A stretch of DNA of 64,000 nucleotides from Antedon mediterranea (lineage: Eukaryota; Animalia; Echinodermata). The stretch covers positions 17,890,912 through 17,954,911 of the forward strand of contig NC_092675.1 in NCBI RefSeq assembly GCF_964355755.1. The letters run 5' to 3'. The first letter of the stretch is position 1. Each line of letters begins with the position of its first letter. Below are positions 1 through 13,100 of the stretch, one piece after another. A model generated the notes under the pieces. The model saw only the letters and a program-made list of their open reading frames with translations. It was not told where the DNA came from and did no database searches. Both the position numbers and the translations under genes were made by a program.

Positions 1-291
1 TATGAACTGCTATCTTCATCTAAAAGTAGATGTACTAACCACTAAAGCTAATAACACGACAATGTATATTGATAATTGGAAACATTACGTCCTTTCAGTG
101 TTTCAAAACATTCGTTATTACACGTGCCTAAAGTGCATCATCATCTTTATATTTAGATTTGGGTTCATTCCATTTTGTTTTATGACTCGATCTTATGAGA
201 TTTGGCTTTCTGAAAACTCCCTGTGTCTTTGAATATAACCGTCTATGGTGTGTTACACGGATTTTGGACGCACGTCGCCAATCTTTTCATA

Positions 292-449
292 TACCCAATT
301 TACACATACGAGCGGTAATGGCCCACGTAGAATCATCCTCAGCTGAAACCGCTCGTCCGATCCGCGTTGTGTATGTGTAAATGGTCAAAAGAAATAACAT
401 AGGTTCTATATTTGTATTACCATTATCGCTCGTCTGTGTAAATTGGCCT
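292..449. mobile_element. Short MITE (PIF/Harbinger-like)
   Basis: About 28-bp inverted ends CCAATTTACACATACGAGCGGTAATGG / CCATTATCGCTCGTCTGTGTAAATTGG. Superfamily is inferred from end style only. Confidence 0.55.
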
Positions 450-1424
450 TTATACGGTTCATCTTAATCTTAAATACCTTCCGATGAGTGATTTAATTCA
501 AACTTCCTGGACCCGAAATCCACAAGGACCGGACCGGACAATTTCTAGGAGTATAAATAATTACCTATACCAATTATTCATTACAATGCAAACCGATGTT
601 CATACAGGCCTATTGGGTATAATCGGAAAGTACTATAGTACTTTATATAAATATTACCAGTTCAACTTGTTCCTTCGCGTTATAACAACTGCTTAATTTA
701 ATAATATGCCATCACTTTTGTTATTTCCAACACAATCTCTTCCGAATTTAATTAATTTATAACAGTTAACTTTTCTTTTTAATTCTCATATACATCCGTA
801 CTATAATTACAATATGCATTGTAGCTATTAAATGTCTCATGGGAAGCGTTAAGTATAAAACAAATATATAAGCACATCGTGCTTAAAACGAATGTGAATG
901 TGTATGACATTAACCTGGGGGAAATGCAATTATTTTTTAGAATTTTATGTAAAATTAAAACATGTCATATTGTTTAAATTGGAAAGTGATATTTATAACA
1001 TAATCAATTGAGTGTGTCGCTTGGTACTACTGCCGTATAAAAACAAAAGTAAACAGGCTTCTGTAAAATGGATGCATGGTTAGAAATCACATTTTAAATA
1101 ATACATAGGCCTTTGAACACATTTTCAAATTATTTATAATTTTGTGTTTTACTTTTTCTATTATTTCTATATCTTTTCAGTATTCTGTTTACTGATCCAA
1201 TTCAAAGAAAATGGAAGTTTACCTTTAAACCGCCCGCCCGTTCCTGATCAACAAAACACAAAAGTTACCAGTAGTTTTTCTACAAAATGTTAAGAGCTGA
1301 TTTTAAAAAATAAAAGAATTGTTTAGTAACGGCCGGGGTCTACTGCAAATAAAATACATTATGCTTAGTAATTTGTATTTTTATATACAGAAGCTCATGA
1401 GCCGAGAGTGTACACACAGTACCC

Positions 1425-1570
1425 GACCAGTTTGCCGAAACATTTGGCAATATGGATGTGCCGATTTGGAAACAGTGGTCTACTCATTCTCGGCAAACTG
1501 GGATTCGGCAACACTGGAAGTCGAAAAACTGAGAGTCGGCAAACTGGGATTCGTCAAACTGGCATCGAAA
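1425..1570. repeat. About 15-bp degenerate tandem repeat with an inverted copy; probable MITE remnant
   Basis: TCGGCAAACTGGGAT-like units at 1490-1570; inverted unit CCAGTTTGCCGA near 1426. This explains the spurious ORFs 1319-1624 and 1408-1596. Confidence 0.55.
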
Positions 1571-2587
1571 CGTACACTCAACGATCGGATGCCTAATTTT
1601 GCTATTGCACAGCGGCTAGAGTGAATACAATTACATCAATAGAGCTATATATTCGTTCAGAACGTCTTCGGGAAAAATTAAAAATATATATAAATATTTA
1701 AATTAGCACATTTAAACGCTTTCATTATGAGCGAACCAATTCTCCAACAGAAGCGGAAGACATGTGAACATAAGTTATGAACTAAAATCAATAATCAATA
1801 TAATAATAAAGATGCAATGAGCACCTAGACCCAGTGATTTCGTGCCGCCACATATCATAACACATCATCATCTCATCACATTATACCACAAATGACCAAG
1901 GTTCAAGCAACATCATTTGTGTAATGTGAAATGGTACAATGGATTGCTAATTGATATTTACTGTTTCATCAAGGTACACACGTATGAACCAGAAAACGCG
2001 TCATAGTATGAAACACTACTTAATTAAATTAAAACAAATCTTGTGATTAACCTACATTGTAGTCATATTAAGAGTACTCCAGAAACACGTCAATAAAGAT
2101 GAATATCAAGTATGCTAGGTTGAGGCACCATGACGTAGCAACGATCAAGTACAATGCCAGTTGATAGTTAAGTTTCATCACTCAAACAATACAAATACTA
2201 ATCATTAATATGAAGCTGTTTAGGCAATGCGTGTTATAGGCCTACTATTGCGTGACAATACAAATGCCTTAAAGGGATGATAGCATTTTATTAAAATTTT
2301 TAGTTTGACAGAAGACGGTGTCCTTTAATAATTTAAAAGCCTAATTCCGATTCATGAATCTGTCGAGAGACGTTATTCACAAAAGACAAATATTTTTAAA
2401 TGCAACATTATATGTTTATTTATTTAATGCCAGTTTACAACAATTGCAGCAAAAGAATAATAATATCTAGTCTAGCTTATATATAGCAATCAATCAAACT
2501 TAAAATAACATTAATGTTGAATAGGCAAATACTTTATATCCAAAAACAGTACAGACAAGGTAGGTCATTTCATTTAATTTGATTTTC

Positions 2588-2626
2588 ATCACGAATGTTT
2601 TCGACCATTGGTCTTTCTCAAGTGAT
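2588..2626 (-). ncRNA. Degenerate minimal hammerhead-ribozyme-like motif (Penelope-type)
   Basis: Minus strand reads AUCAC-UUGAGAAA-GACC-AAU-GGUC-GAAAAC-AUUC-GUGAU: stem I AUCAC/GUGAU, stem II GACC/GGUC, GAAA box. The 5' core departs from CUGANGA. Confidence 0.35.
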
Positions 2627-3268
2627 ACATAATTGGTAGAAAAGGACATATTTGAAAAAGTCTTCGTTTATAAGCCTATACTAGAGTAACTACTAAAATA
2701 GATTGATAAGCATACAAAGTTTAAAATATGATATTACAAATTACAACGCTTCTATCGATTTTATTAATTTTCAACTGGGAATACTCAGATTCGGACGAAT
2801 TGTAGACGAATTTGTTTCTTATTTCATTGTCTATACTTTTTTCTTATTTAATTATGTAAATAAATTATTTTATTAATTAATTATTTAAAGTAAATATATT
2901 CTACTGGTGTTTCATCCGATTCTCGTACGGATGTCACTAGCAACAGGTTTTTTTGTCTTTCTTCTTTCTTCTTCTCATTCATACCTTCATAGTTTACTGT
3001 TTATATATCCCGACAATTTGCAAATACGTTGTATTATAAAAAGATTATGACACCGGTGAGTATGATTAATAACTCGAGTGAAAGTATTATACAACAAGAT
3101 GTGAAAGTAGCTCGATTGCTTCATGTCTTAAAATGACAATTAGGCCTATTATATTGAATTAATATAAGAGCAGACTACATAATTACTTATTAACTAACTA
3201 CAATATTAAAACATTTTAGTTCATACAATTTATTATTCTCTATTCTTAACCTCTTTAACGACAAAGAT

Positions 3269-4133
3269 TCAAACGTTGTACTCCATGTAACCTCCTTCGT
3301 CTATCTTGTGTCCTGGTGGAATCATAACTGTGTTCTGCTTATTATCACCACCAACGTTGTATTCCATGTAGACTTCTTCGTCCATCTTGTGTCCTGGTGG
3401 AATCATGGAAACTGTGTTCTGCTTATTGTCACCGCCAACGTTATACTCCATGTAGCCGTCTTCGTCCATCTTGTGTCCTGGTGGAATCATGGAAACTGTG
3501 CTTGTTTTCTGCTTATTAACTGTGTTTCTTCTACGAATCAAATACAAAGCAAGAGCCATGATGATGATGACGAATACGATGTTTCCAGCAATTGATACAT
3601 ATAACCATATAAATATAGGTATACTTATTTCTCCATGATATAACTCAACAGTAACAGGAAGATTGTTGGTAGTGTTGTAATTGTAGATGTCAATGGTCGC
3701 ATCTTTTGCTGTCAGTAAATGGTCATCGGTGAGGCTTTGCAAAGCTTCAGAAATAACATTCAGATGGATTTTCTTGCCATTACATGAATAGTTTCCTTCA
3801 TGCTTTATTGACACGCAAGTTATATCAATCTTTAACAAAAATGAGCTCCTGTTAGCTTTATCGCAAACCACATCCACTCCACATTGCATATTTTCCTACG
3901 AACCTCCAAATACACATTTCCATCAGATTTATAGTAGATTTTCTATCAAATCCATTATCTATATATAATTTAGAATTACGGTATATTTCATTCCTGTCAT
4001 TCACACACAGCATTCTTGCACTGGAGCCTTTAAATAGGGTAGATCCTGGCGTAACATTAAAATACACGGCAGCAGACTCATGGAAGATGATAATCACTAA
4101 AACGATGAACAAATACTTTATAGAAATACCCAT
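3269..4133 (-). pseudogene. Type I membrane protein with one Ig-like domain and tandem cytoplasmic Tyr motifs; frameshifted (pseudogene or assembly indel)
   Basis: ORF 3858-4133 gives a signal peptide (MGISIKYLFIVLVIIIFHESAA) and B-strand Cys (ARMLC). ORF 3269-3889 gives E/F-strand motifs (FLLKIDI, EGNYSC), a TM helix ending in RRR and three Tyr repeats. Removing 1 nt from the T-run at 3891-3894 fuses them into 287 aa. An acceptor-like TTTTATAG lies just upstream of the ATG. Confidence 0.75.
3272..3500 (-). repeat. Coding tandem repeat, 84/81-bp unit, about 2.7 copies
   Basis: Encodes (S)MIPPGHKxDExxYMEYNV(GGDNKQNTV) three times. Confidence 0.9.
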
Positions 4134-6795
4134 CTAGCTATAAAATGCGTACAGATTGTTAGGGAAAACGTTTGTATTCGGTTGTTGCAAATAACTAAAT
4201 GAACTTTCTAAAATTATCAGTTTCGGTTATTTTGGTATTTGTTTTGAAGTGATGTTTCTGTAGAACCTTATAACCCTGGATATACTTTACCTTTTTTGAA
4301 CTACAGTACTTGTTTAATGAACCGAAATAAATGTTTTACAAATATTTTTGAATCAAAATTGTACTATAATTATTTTAATTAGGTATGGTGTACATATATA
4401 ACAACATTTTTTTAGATAAATAGGGCCTACGTCGAACCTACTATAAATACCACATTTAATTGTTACGGTGACCACCTCTGTTTACTTGAGATAATTTTGA
4501 AATGTAAATGTTATATTTTGTTTACTGAATACTACAGTCAATAACGCGTGTAGTGAAATGGATAATACTTTCAAGATTCTGTTTTCCTAAAAAATATTGA
4601 GATTGTTTGATGCTAACGACAGTAAAATATTGTTGTGACGTTAGTTGAAAAGTAAAGTCCTGTGTTGCCGCGTGCGTGTGGATCTCAGACGTGTGTACTC
4701 GACTGCTATAATCATTAATGATATGGTTTCAACAAGGTTGTATAATTTGATACAATTAGTAACGCGTTCCCATTTGAAGTAAATTGACATTTAGAACAAA
4801 TGAACCTTTTGTTTATTGTTTTGAGATTCGTGCAAAGAAAAGGTTTCAGTGACAGTAATGTTGAGAATCTATGAGTAAGGTGACATACTTATCCACTGAA
4901 AATGCGCAACAAACATTTAATTATGACACAATCACGTGCGTAAGCAACTAAACATTATTTCCGTATCCAATATTGATTATTCGTGTAATAATCAATCTAA
5001 TTGGCCTTTTAACCTCCCCAGCATAGTCCTAAGGTTTCAATAAAAGAAACGCGTGGTAATCTATACTTACTATTAGGAAATGTACAAGTAAATACATCCT
5101 TAGCGTTATATTAGACGATCTCTTACTAAATCAAGATTTGTTAGTTTCTTGTACAGAATGGGACATTGACCGCTAGCACTCATATTATTTTACGAATCAT
5201 ACATAAATACATAATAATAATGAAGTTTGATCTTATTTTATGTGCTAGAATTAAAGTTTCTTTCTGTTGAATTTGATATTTGTGTTTTATGATAAATTTT
5301 GATGATATTCGTTCGTATTTTATGTCGGTTTTAAATGAAATTTGAGAGCTAGGGACAAATGTGTAGCCTACCTTAAATCTGTTGATGATTTTCAAAGTAT
5401 ATATTACATAGAAAGATTATGGAAACATAACTAGGATGTAAAAATCACAAGTTGATAGATATTATGAATTAATGGAAAACGATCAACGATTTGCCTCCGG
5501 CCACGGATGTATCATATTTCGATTGCAAATCATCATTGGTTATTCATTTATCTATCAATATTTATAGTGGAAATCACAACTATAAGCCCTACTGTTCCTC
5601 CGTTTTCAGTATGTATTCATGTGAACAAATACTCTATGTACGTTATAAATTGTGTTTTAGAATCTTGTTTACATGTCATTTACACATTTTATATTTGATT
5701 GTATCGTGAAGTATTAGTTCTATTGCACGGTAAGGTTATATTGAATGGTTCTTCTATTCAACGGTATTATTCTGACAAAGAGTTTACTTTAGAACAGAAA
5801 ACAAATAATTAATCTTTTGTAAACAGGATCATATGTTTTTATCCTGTATGTTTTAAATTAAAATAATAGTTTCATTCGTTGAAAGTTTGACTGTTCTATT
5901 TTATTCTCGGCCTCGTCAAGTATAGAGCAGTCACTCATTCAACTCTTTGAGAATATATTCATTATTTGTATATCATTATTGTTGAATGCAGTAATTGTGT
6001 TACCACGTGTTGTTGAATGTGCCATGCAATGTCATTATATTATGTTAACAGAAGAACAAGACGATGACTATACATACATTATCGATACATTCAATCATAA
6101 TAACAATGAAAGTATTACGTTTCGAATCATACTTTAGTTGTTGTCAAACTCTTACAATTGAGATGGAAATGATCACTTTAAAATTGCGACGATAATCAAT
6201 AGATTGTATACAGTTATCGTAAGTATTGACTTATCGACGATATTGACGTTTTAAATGGTCATTAAATCAATGCCACGTTGACGTGATATATACTAGTATT
6301 GCAATCATTTTCAAGTGTATGGCCTTGGTAATGAATCGTTCATTGTACCACGGAGAAGTGTTCTAAAGCTGACAAAATCGCATTTACTAAAAGCTGTCAA
6401 AAATTGGTTTCTATATTATGTGAAGTAACAGTAATAAAACCTGTCAATTGAGACAGCATAATAATGTTCAGCGTGTAAAGAGAGCGTTTTACTTCTCTTA
6501 CGCTTGCTCTTAGTGTTGGGGATTTCTTTATAATGCATGAATATGAATAGTTTGAATTAAGTCCTTGATTGCTATCAAGATAATTATTCCAATATGACAG
6601 CATGTATAATTTCCAATTTATTTTTTTAAACATTGGTCTGTTTTAATATTATTATATACTAAGAATGAGTCTAATCTTACAATGTCTTACTTGTATTCAT
6701 TTAACAATAGAGTTTACTCTCATATTAAAGAGGATTTGTTATAATGAATCTCATTAAAGATGATGTTGTATACAAGCTATAAATATGTAATAATT

Positions 6796-7115
6796 TGGTT
6801 CCCACTTGAAAGGGCGTAAGCGCCCCTAACGCAATTTGACCAATCACGATGACGAGATGGATCGTATCGAAATGTCGCTTGTGATTGGTCAACACAGTTG
6901 CGTTACGCCTATACGTCGTTACGTCAAGAACTTTAAAGTCCTTGGTTACGTAAGTCTTCTGGGAACCGAGCTTAACGCGTCACATATTCAACAAAAGCAA
7001 TTTGACCAATCAAAACGACGTGATGGATCGTATCGAAATGTCGCTTGTGATTGGTCAACACATGTGCGTTGCGTCAAAGTCCTTGGTTACGTGCGTTCTG
7101 GTGGGAACCAAGCTT
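6796..7115. mobile_element. PIF/Harbinger-like MITE family, tandem/partially duplicated copy
   Basis: Left end TTGGTTCCCAC; two right ends (TGGGAACCGAGCT near 6960, GTGGGAACCAAGCT near 7102), each followed by TAA; internal TTGACCAATCA...TGATTGGTCAA palindromes. Same family as 16257-16435. Confidence 0.75.
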
Positions 7116-10100
7116 AATGCGTCACAGAATCCTGTTTGTTTTTAATTGAAATATTACACTACCTGCTATCGAGATATTAAAAGTGAGAAAACCATGTTGC
7201 CTATATTATTGTTTAAATTGTAAAACATTTCAAACATTAATCATTGTAGATTAGACGACACTTAAATGGGATAACGTATTTTTATGTCACTGAAATTAGG
7301 ATAAATTGAAAGCATATAAGTTGCAGTGGCTCCAGAAGGATTTAATTTTACTATCAGACAAGACGTTGTACTGTAATTATCAATAATGTCTTTTCATCAA
7401 CACTTATTCCGTCGTATATTAGACTATACTTAATCAGTCTTGGATTTGGAAAAGGAGAGAGAAAACAGAAATACAAAGAAAAAGTTACCTTAACCACAGT
7501 TACATTTGCAAATTCTTTAACTCTGTGACATACAAAAACCAAGAAATCATCTCTGCAGTATTTGCCAAAATGTTGTCATAATTGTATAATTTCGGTGTAC
7601 AAACACACCCGATTCTCGATACTGTATCTATATTTTTTCAGTAGGAATATTCGTTAATACAGCATCACATGTTTGTCAAATTCCTATGATACTGGGTAAA
7701 TATTTTAATACGTAGAGATACAGCACTGAGAATCAAGTAGCAAACATGACAGAGGAAAGGAAAACACTGTGATATGGAATACAAGAGAACTCTCTGAAAG
7801 ATGTCAAATAAATGAACCACTTGAACAAACTGCCCACGGGATAAGAAGGGGCACCGTATCAATTCTGAAATCTGAGATCTAGGTCTAATTCAAAAATAAA
7901 TTAAACTGTAATTGAAAAGTAAATAGGGTTGATTTACTAAGCGAGTTTTAACTCTAAAAATTGGAATGGATGCAGAACATTCCAGAATAGAACTGCCGGA
8001 ATCCCAAGGTCAGACACTTACCATCGTGCACTTGAATCATAATAAACCAAATCGGAACCTCCATTAGTATCTTATCCGTAACTATTGATCAAAGTATTAC
8101 TCAAGCTTAACGTGCACAAAGCAGAAATGGATATGCTATTATTAACTGCCAAATTTCATTCATATTTCAACCAATTTAAGATGATCTTATGAGTCTCTGG
8201 TGTTTTCAAATAGTTGAGCGAGGATGATGATCGGCAATGATGGTAATCGTGGGATATTCGTCCATTCATCAATGTAATCCTGTTGAGATCAGAGGTTCCT
8301 TAATTTAAACCCTTAATTGAACTTCAGTAATTTTTCTCCAACAAATGAGTACGTCGGTTAGTTATTGATACTAATTTAGTGAATATAGCTTTATCGAAGT
8401 ATAAATGATTAAACTCGTCCTCCATTTTTTGTTTGCAACAAAAATAAATCCTGACTACTAATATTAAAGTATTGAAAATATAATCTAGCATGCATGAATT
8501 TAAGTGACAAATATGTAGCCTGTTTTTAGGCTGAACTCAAATAAAAATTATGTGTGCAATAACATAGCACAGTTACATATATTTATTATTCATTTTTAAT
8601 ATAAATAGGACAGTCGTTCAGTAGAAGTGACTTGTCACTACGAACAACATGACAATAACTTATACATATTTTCTTTCATTATCGAAACATAGAAATCATG
8701 TTATAGATTATTCCTATTCAATGGCATGATTGACATCTCAGAGCATTGGAATTGATTATCTATCAATGAATTCAAACTACTTTGTAATAATTAGCAGGTA
8801 ATTAATTAGCTTGTCCTTAATTATAAGTTCATTAATTACACGTTGTCTGTACTTATTGTTTGTCTTCATCATTTAATGAACCAAAGAGCTGTTGATATGT
8901 AGCGCAAGAGATTGATCGGGGAGCCTACAAGTCGTCAATATGCTAGACTATGTAATTAATTTAACGGTTAACTCAGACAAAAATACCCCGGTCACCATAT
9001 CTATGATTTTTTATTCCTCGTTTTAGAATGTTATTTGAATGTGGATAACTTGCCGTTACTACTATAAAAGACTTACATTTCAATTCACTTAAACATGATC
9101 TTATATATTTTGGTATGATTGTTTTGGAAAAAAAAAGAAAAGAAAATTGTTCTAAGGATGATACTGATTACCAACGTCATGTACTACTTAAAAAATAGGT
9201 GAAATTGTTTTTAAACAATTCTTAACTGCTGCATGGAGGTATAGAAAGACTATACTTAACGATTTACCGCCCACCACGTAAATTAAAATCTAAATCATTG
9301 TTTGTTTTTGTTTTTTTTTTATAGGCCTATAGGCCTATATACTTTTTCAAAGAGTTTCAATACCAGATAGTCTTGAAAAATTCTTGAAAAATTCTCCACT
9401 TTGAGTTAAGTATTGGCTGTAATTTTATTTTATATTTTCAAATCTACTTGCTGACCGTCTTTACTAAGTTATTTCTTTTTTTTTTGTACCTTGTTTTTGT
9501 AACTGTAGGCCTATTAGGCCTATTGTTAATGTTAGAACGCACCGTTTTATATACATGTGCCGCTGATCCAAAGGCGTTGTTCGAATAAAGTTTGAGTTTT
9601 ACCAGCATCTTCATTGATGTTGGGTTCCACAGCTAATTACATCCTCTGCGTATATTCATTCTCACTATACGCATTTGCTGTTCAAACTACTTTTTTTCTA
9701 CTTTGGGATATTATTTGTACATAACCTCATCAACATTGGACATTCATTATAGACTGGGATGAAAGGGGATGAAAAAACGTCAAAACAATAATAAATAACT
9801 TTATCTAAACGTCAGCATTTTATTTACTATTGTGAAATCCACTCAACACAAAATCATGAATCCGCGGCACTGACCATTACGTAATTCAATTTCAATCGTT
9901 TGGGTGAAAAAATACGTTTCTAGGTAGCCTACCTTTACAACTGTATCTGTAGTAGTGCGTGGTTGAATACAAAACATTTTTAATTCAGTTTTTTCGAACA
10001 CCGTATTTATTCAACTATTTGATCATTTGGTGTAAACAACAAACACATCTAATTTATCATAATTATTCAGTTGAGATAGTTTAGTCAACTTTTGGAGGAA

Positions 10101-13100
10101 TGGTTTAATAAAGATTCCAGAACGGAATGCGGAATGTTTTAATAATTATTAAATTTAATTGAATCTGAAGTATTTACATTACATGATGTTTGCTTGTTTT
10201 ATCATATCCAATTAACTGATTTCTTAGAAAAACATTTTATCTACGTTGAATTTTTCACTCTTTACATCTCCATGGAACTCGACCAGAACAAATATCAACA
10301 TTTGTTTTAACATTTTATGGCGTCCAAGTTTCATGCTGAAATTTAAATTAAAAATCTTTTTTTCATATCTTTAAAAAGTGGGCTAAACGTTTGACGACCA
10401 TTACATGAAAATCTCAATTGATAACATTTTTCTGCGGGGCAAGATACAAATGACCGTCAATGTAATCATATCCGGGTCAATTATATTTGTGCTCTATTGC
10501 AGCTGGATCAATGTCAACGTTTGTGCTTTAAGCGGAGGATAACATTCCAACAAATAACAACGTACTTTGAAAAGCCATAAAGAACTGTACTTAAGTCCGT
10601 ATTGAAAAAAAAACGATTAAAAGAAAATCACATGTGACAGGTAGGCATAGGTATGTTGGTAAGTGCTGAAACTTAAACCAATGGGAGAAGTCATATAACA
10701 AGTTCAATTCGCGCTATCAGGTTTAGTCCGTATTGTTCGCATTATAATTTACGACAATCTGAAAATCTACTTGTGCACAATTGTTCGAATTTGCGTGTAC
10801 GTTTTATTAGTAAATCTTAATTAATCAGTCCTTGAAATGTAACTTTACTTCAGTAATTCTTATATTATATATAATATATATCTTGTTTTTCCAGAATAAA
10901 GTATTAGTAATTAATGATTACGCAATCGTAATTAGGGGTGTTATCGTGCACGTACCATTATTATCAACGTTTCAACGCATGCGTCATTATTATGTTGCAC
11001 CTTGTCGTAGCACCACTTTGCTATTGCTAAGTACCACATAACATTAGGTCAAGTAAATGATTTGCGTTAATTTACTAAAATAAAGTGTGTAACTCACTTT
11101 AGTTAAACCGAAAATGTTTCTTTTATAAACTTTACAAGATTCTTTTATCTCATTTTGTGGGTCGGTTCAAACATTGTTTTTATACAACAATAAGCCATCG
11201 AACGGTTAAATGCGTATGCAAATGAGACAGCTCACTATACTTTCAATTAAATAGTATCTCGTTAGCATTTATATTGACATGAAGAAAACCAAAAGGGACC
11301 TATTCAATGCAGTTAATATCGGACCCAAATGCTAGTTTCACTTACCGTAAAAGGATAGGCATTGTTTGACGTGAATTACTGTTATGACGTTAGCCAATTG
11401 TTGTTCTTCTGTTGTCTTTAAATATAGAAACATTATTCGTTTTCCTCTCAAGCTGTTTGGTATAAGTGCCCGGTAGTACAAACATACGCCCAAAATTGTG
11501 TCGATGAATTAGTTCTAAACAAAGAGAAAGCAAGTATTTTTTAAATTAACCTTTCGTACATTGGAAAAAATATACGGTTTATTTATTTTTTTATTTGAAA
11601 CTGTTAAAAATGAAAAAAAACAAAAATATACAAAAAGTACAAAAAGTATATGATGTTTTAGCCACACTTATAATAAAACACAATAATAATGTCTCATTGG
11701 GATCCTTTACTTGTTTAACAAAATATAAAGGGGGACAAAACAATAAATGAATAAGTTGCACAGAGTCAGAAGGAACAAAAATACTTGCAGTAAGTGTTTT
11801 ATGTTTGAAATGTTTGTTCAAACTTGAATTTATTATCATACAGAATGTAAATCAAAAGAATTTTCATGTAGGAATATATATATATATCATTCATATTTGT
11901 TATTTTAAGGCATAGGCCTAAAATGATACTTTCTGGTTTTCCAACTTTGGTCATTATGGAAGTACACATCTACTTTGTGAAATATGCTGCTTTTTTATTT
12001 GTTTTATTTGTTTTGTTAATTGTTTTATATTTTGTAAAATGTTATGTAGCTTTATTTGCCCGAAAAAACCTGTACCACGTTTCAAAAAGATTATTCGATG
12101 CAGTGCGAATAATTTCACATGCTATTTATTTACATAACAATGTACACATTATTATCATAAGGAAAATGAATTCTTGTTACTGAAGCAGATTACATAATTC
12201 ATTTAGTTTAGACAAATAATTGTTACGCAAGAAGAATTTAAATGTGAACGTGAGAAGATCATAATGTTTGTAGGGTGTCAATTAAAATCTTGATTTATTG
12301 CGATGTTTTTCACGCATTATGATATGTTCTACATCCAAACAGTTTGATAACTTCAGTGTCATTCGTCGTGATTTCTTTTTTTTTTTCATTTCATTTATTT
12401 CGTCAAAAACAAAGAAGAAAAGAGTTTAAAATCCAAATGACTGGTTAACCAAAAATCGAAATGAATCATTGTAAAAATTCCAAAATGGAAATTGAAAAGA
12501 ATTATATAATTAGGCCTAAAATACATTAAAATTCTTAAATAATTTTTTAATCAATGAAAATATTAAAATCTAAATATTTATCTTAAGCTATTATAAATAA
12601 ATAAAACAGTACAAATCTAGAAATAGAAAGACACATTTATATTTGATGACTTGCATATATTTATTTATTTGTTTCTATTTTATTAGTAAAATTCTGGCAT
12701 TGTTCAAACTTAAATATGAAATTAGAATTTCCTGACAAATGTAGGCTTCTAATAGCCAAATCTAAGCTATATTTCTACAGCTATTTCTATTTAAAATCTA
12801 TCTTTTATCAATTTGTCCATAATGTGGGATTTTATCAGTTTCTTGAATACTTTTCTTTATATATTATGTGACGTACCGTAATGTGACATTTTGTACAAAC
12901 AATAAAATACATAAAATATGGATCAGGATTTGATCAGGATTTTTTGTCATTACATTTGCCTAATAAGTTGGCTTCAATAATAATAGCTTTTTATAGTTTT
13001 GTATGTAAAAAAAATACATAAAAGGTGAGTCCACATAACTAGTTTCATAATGTAAAACGCATAACCGATCTGTTATATCTATTTTGTTTTTAGATATTGC

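Noticed and set aside
3308-3595. + strand ORF with repeated WWNH motif
   Set aside because: Antisense shadow of the Ig-receptor tail repeats.
7340-8426. Possible decayed minus-strand coding region (begins MEDEFNHLYF)
   Set aside because: Many stops in the frames I read and no recognisable motif.
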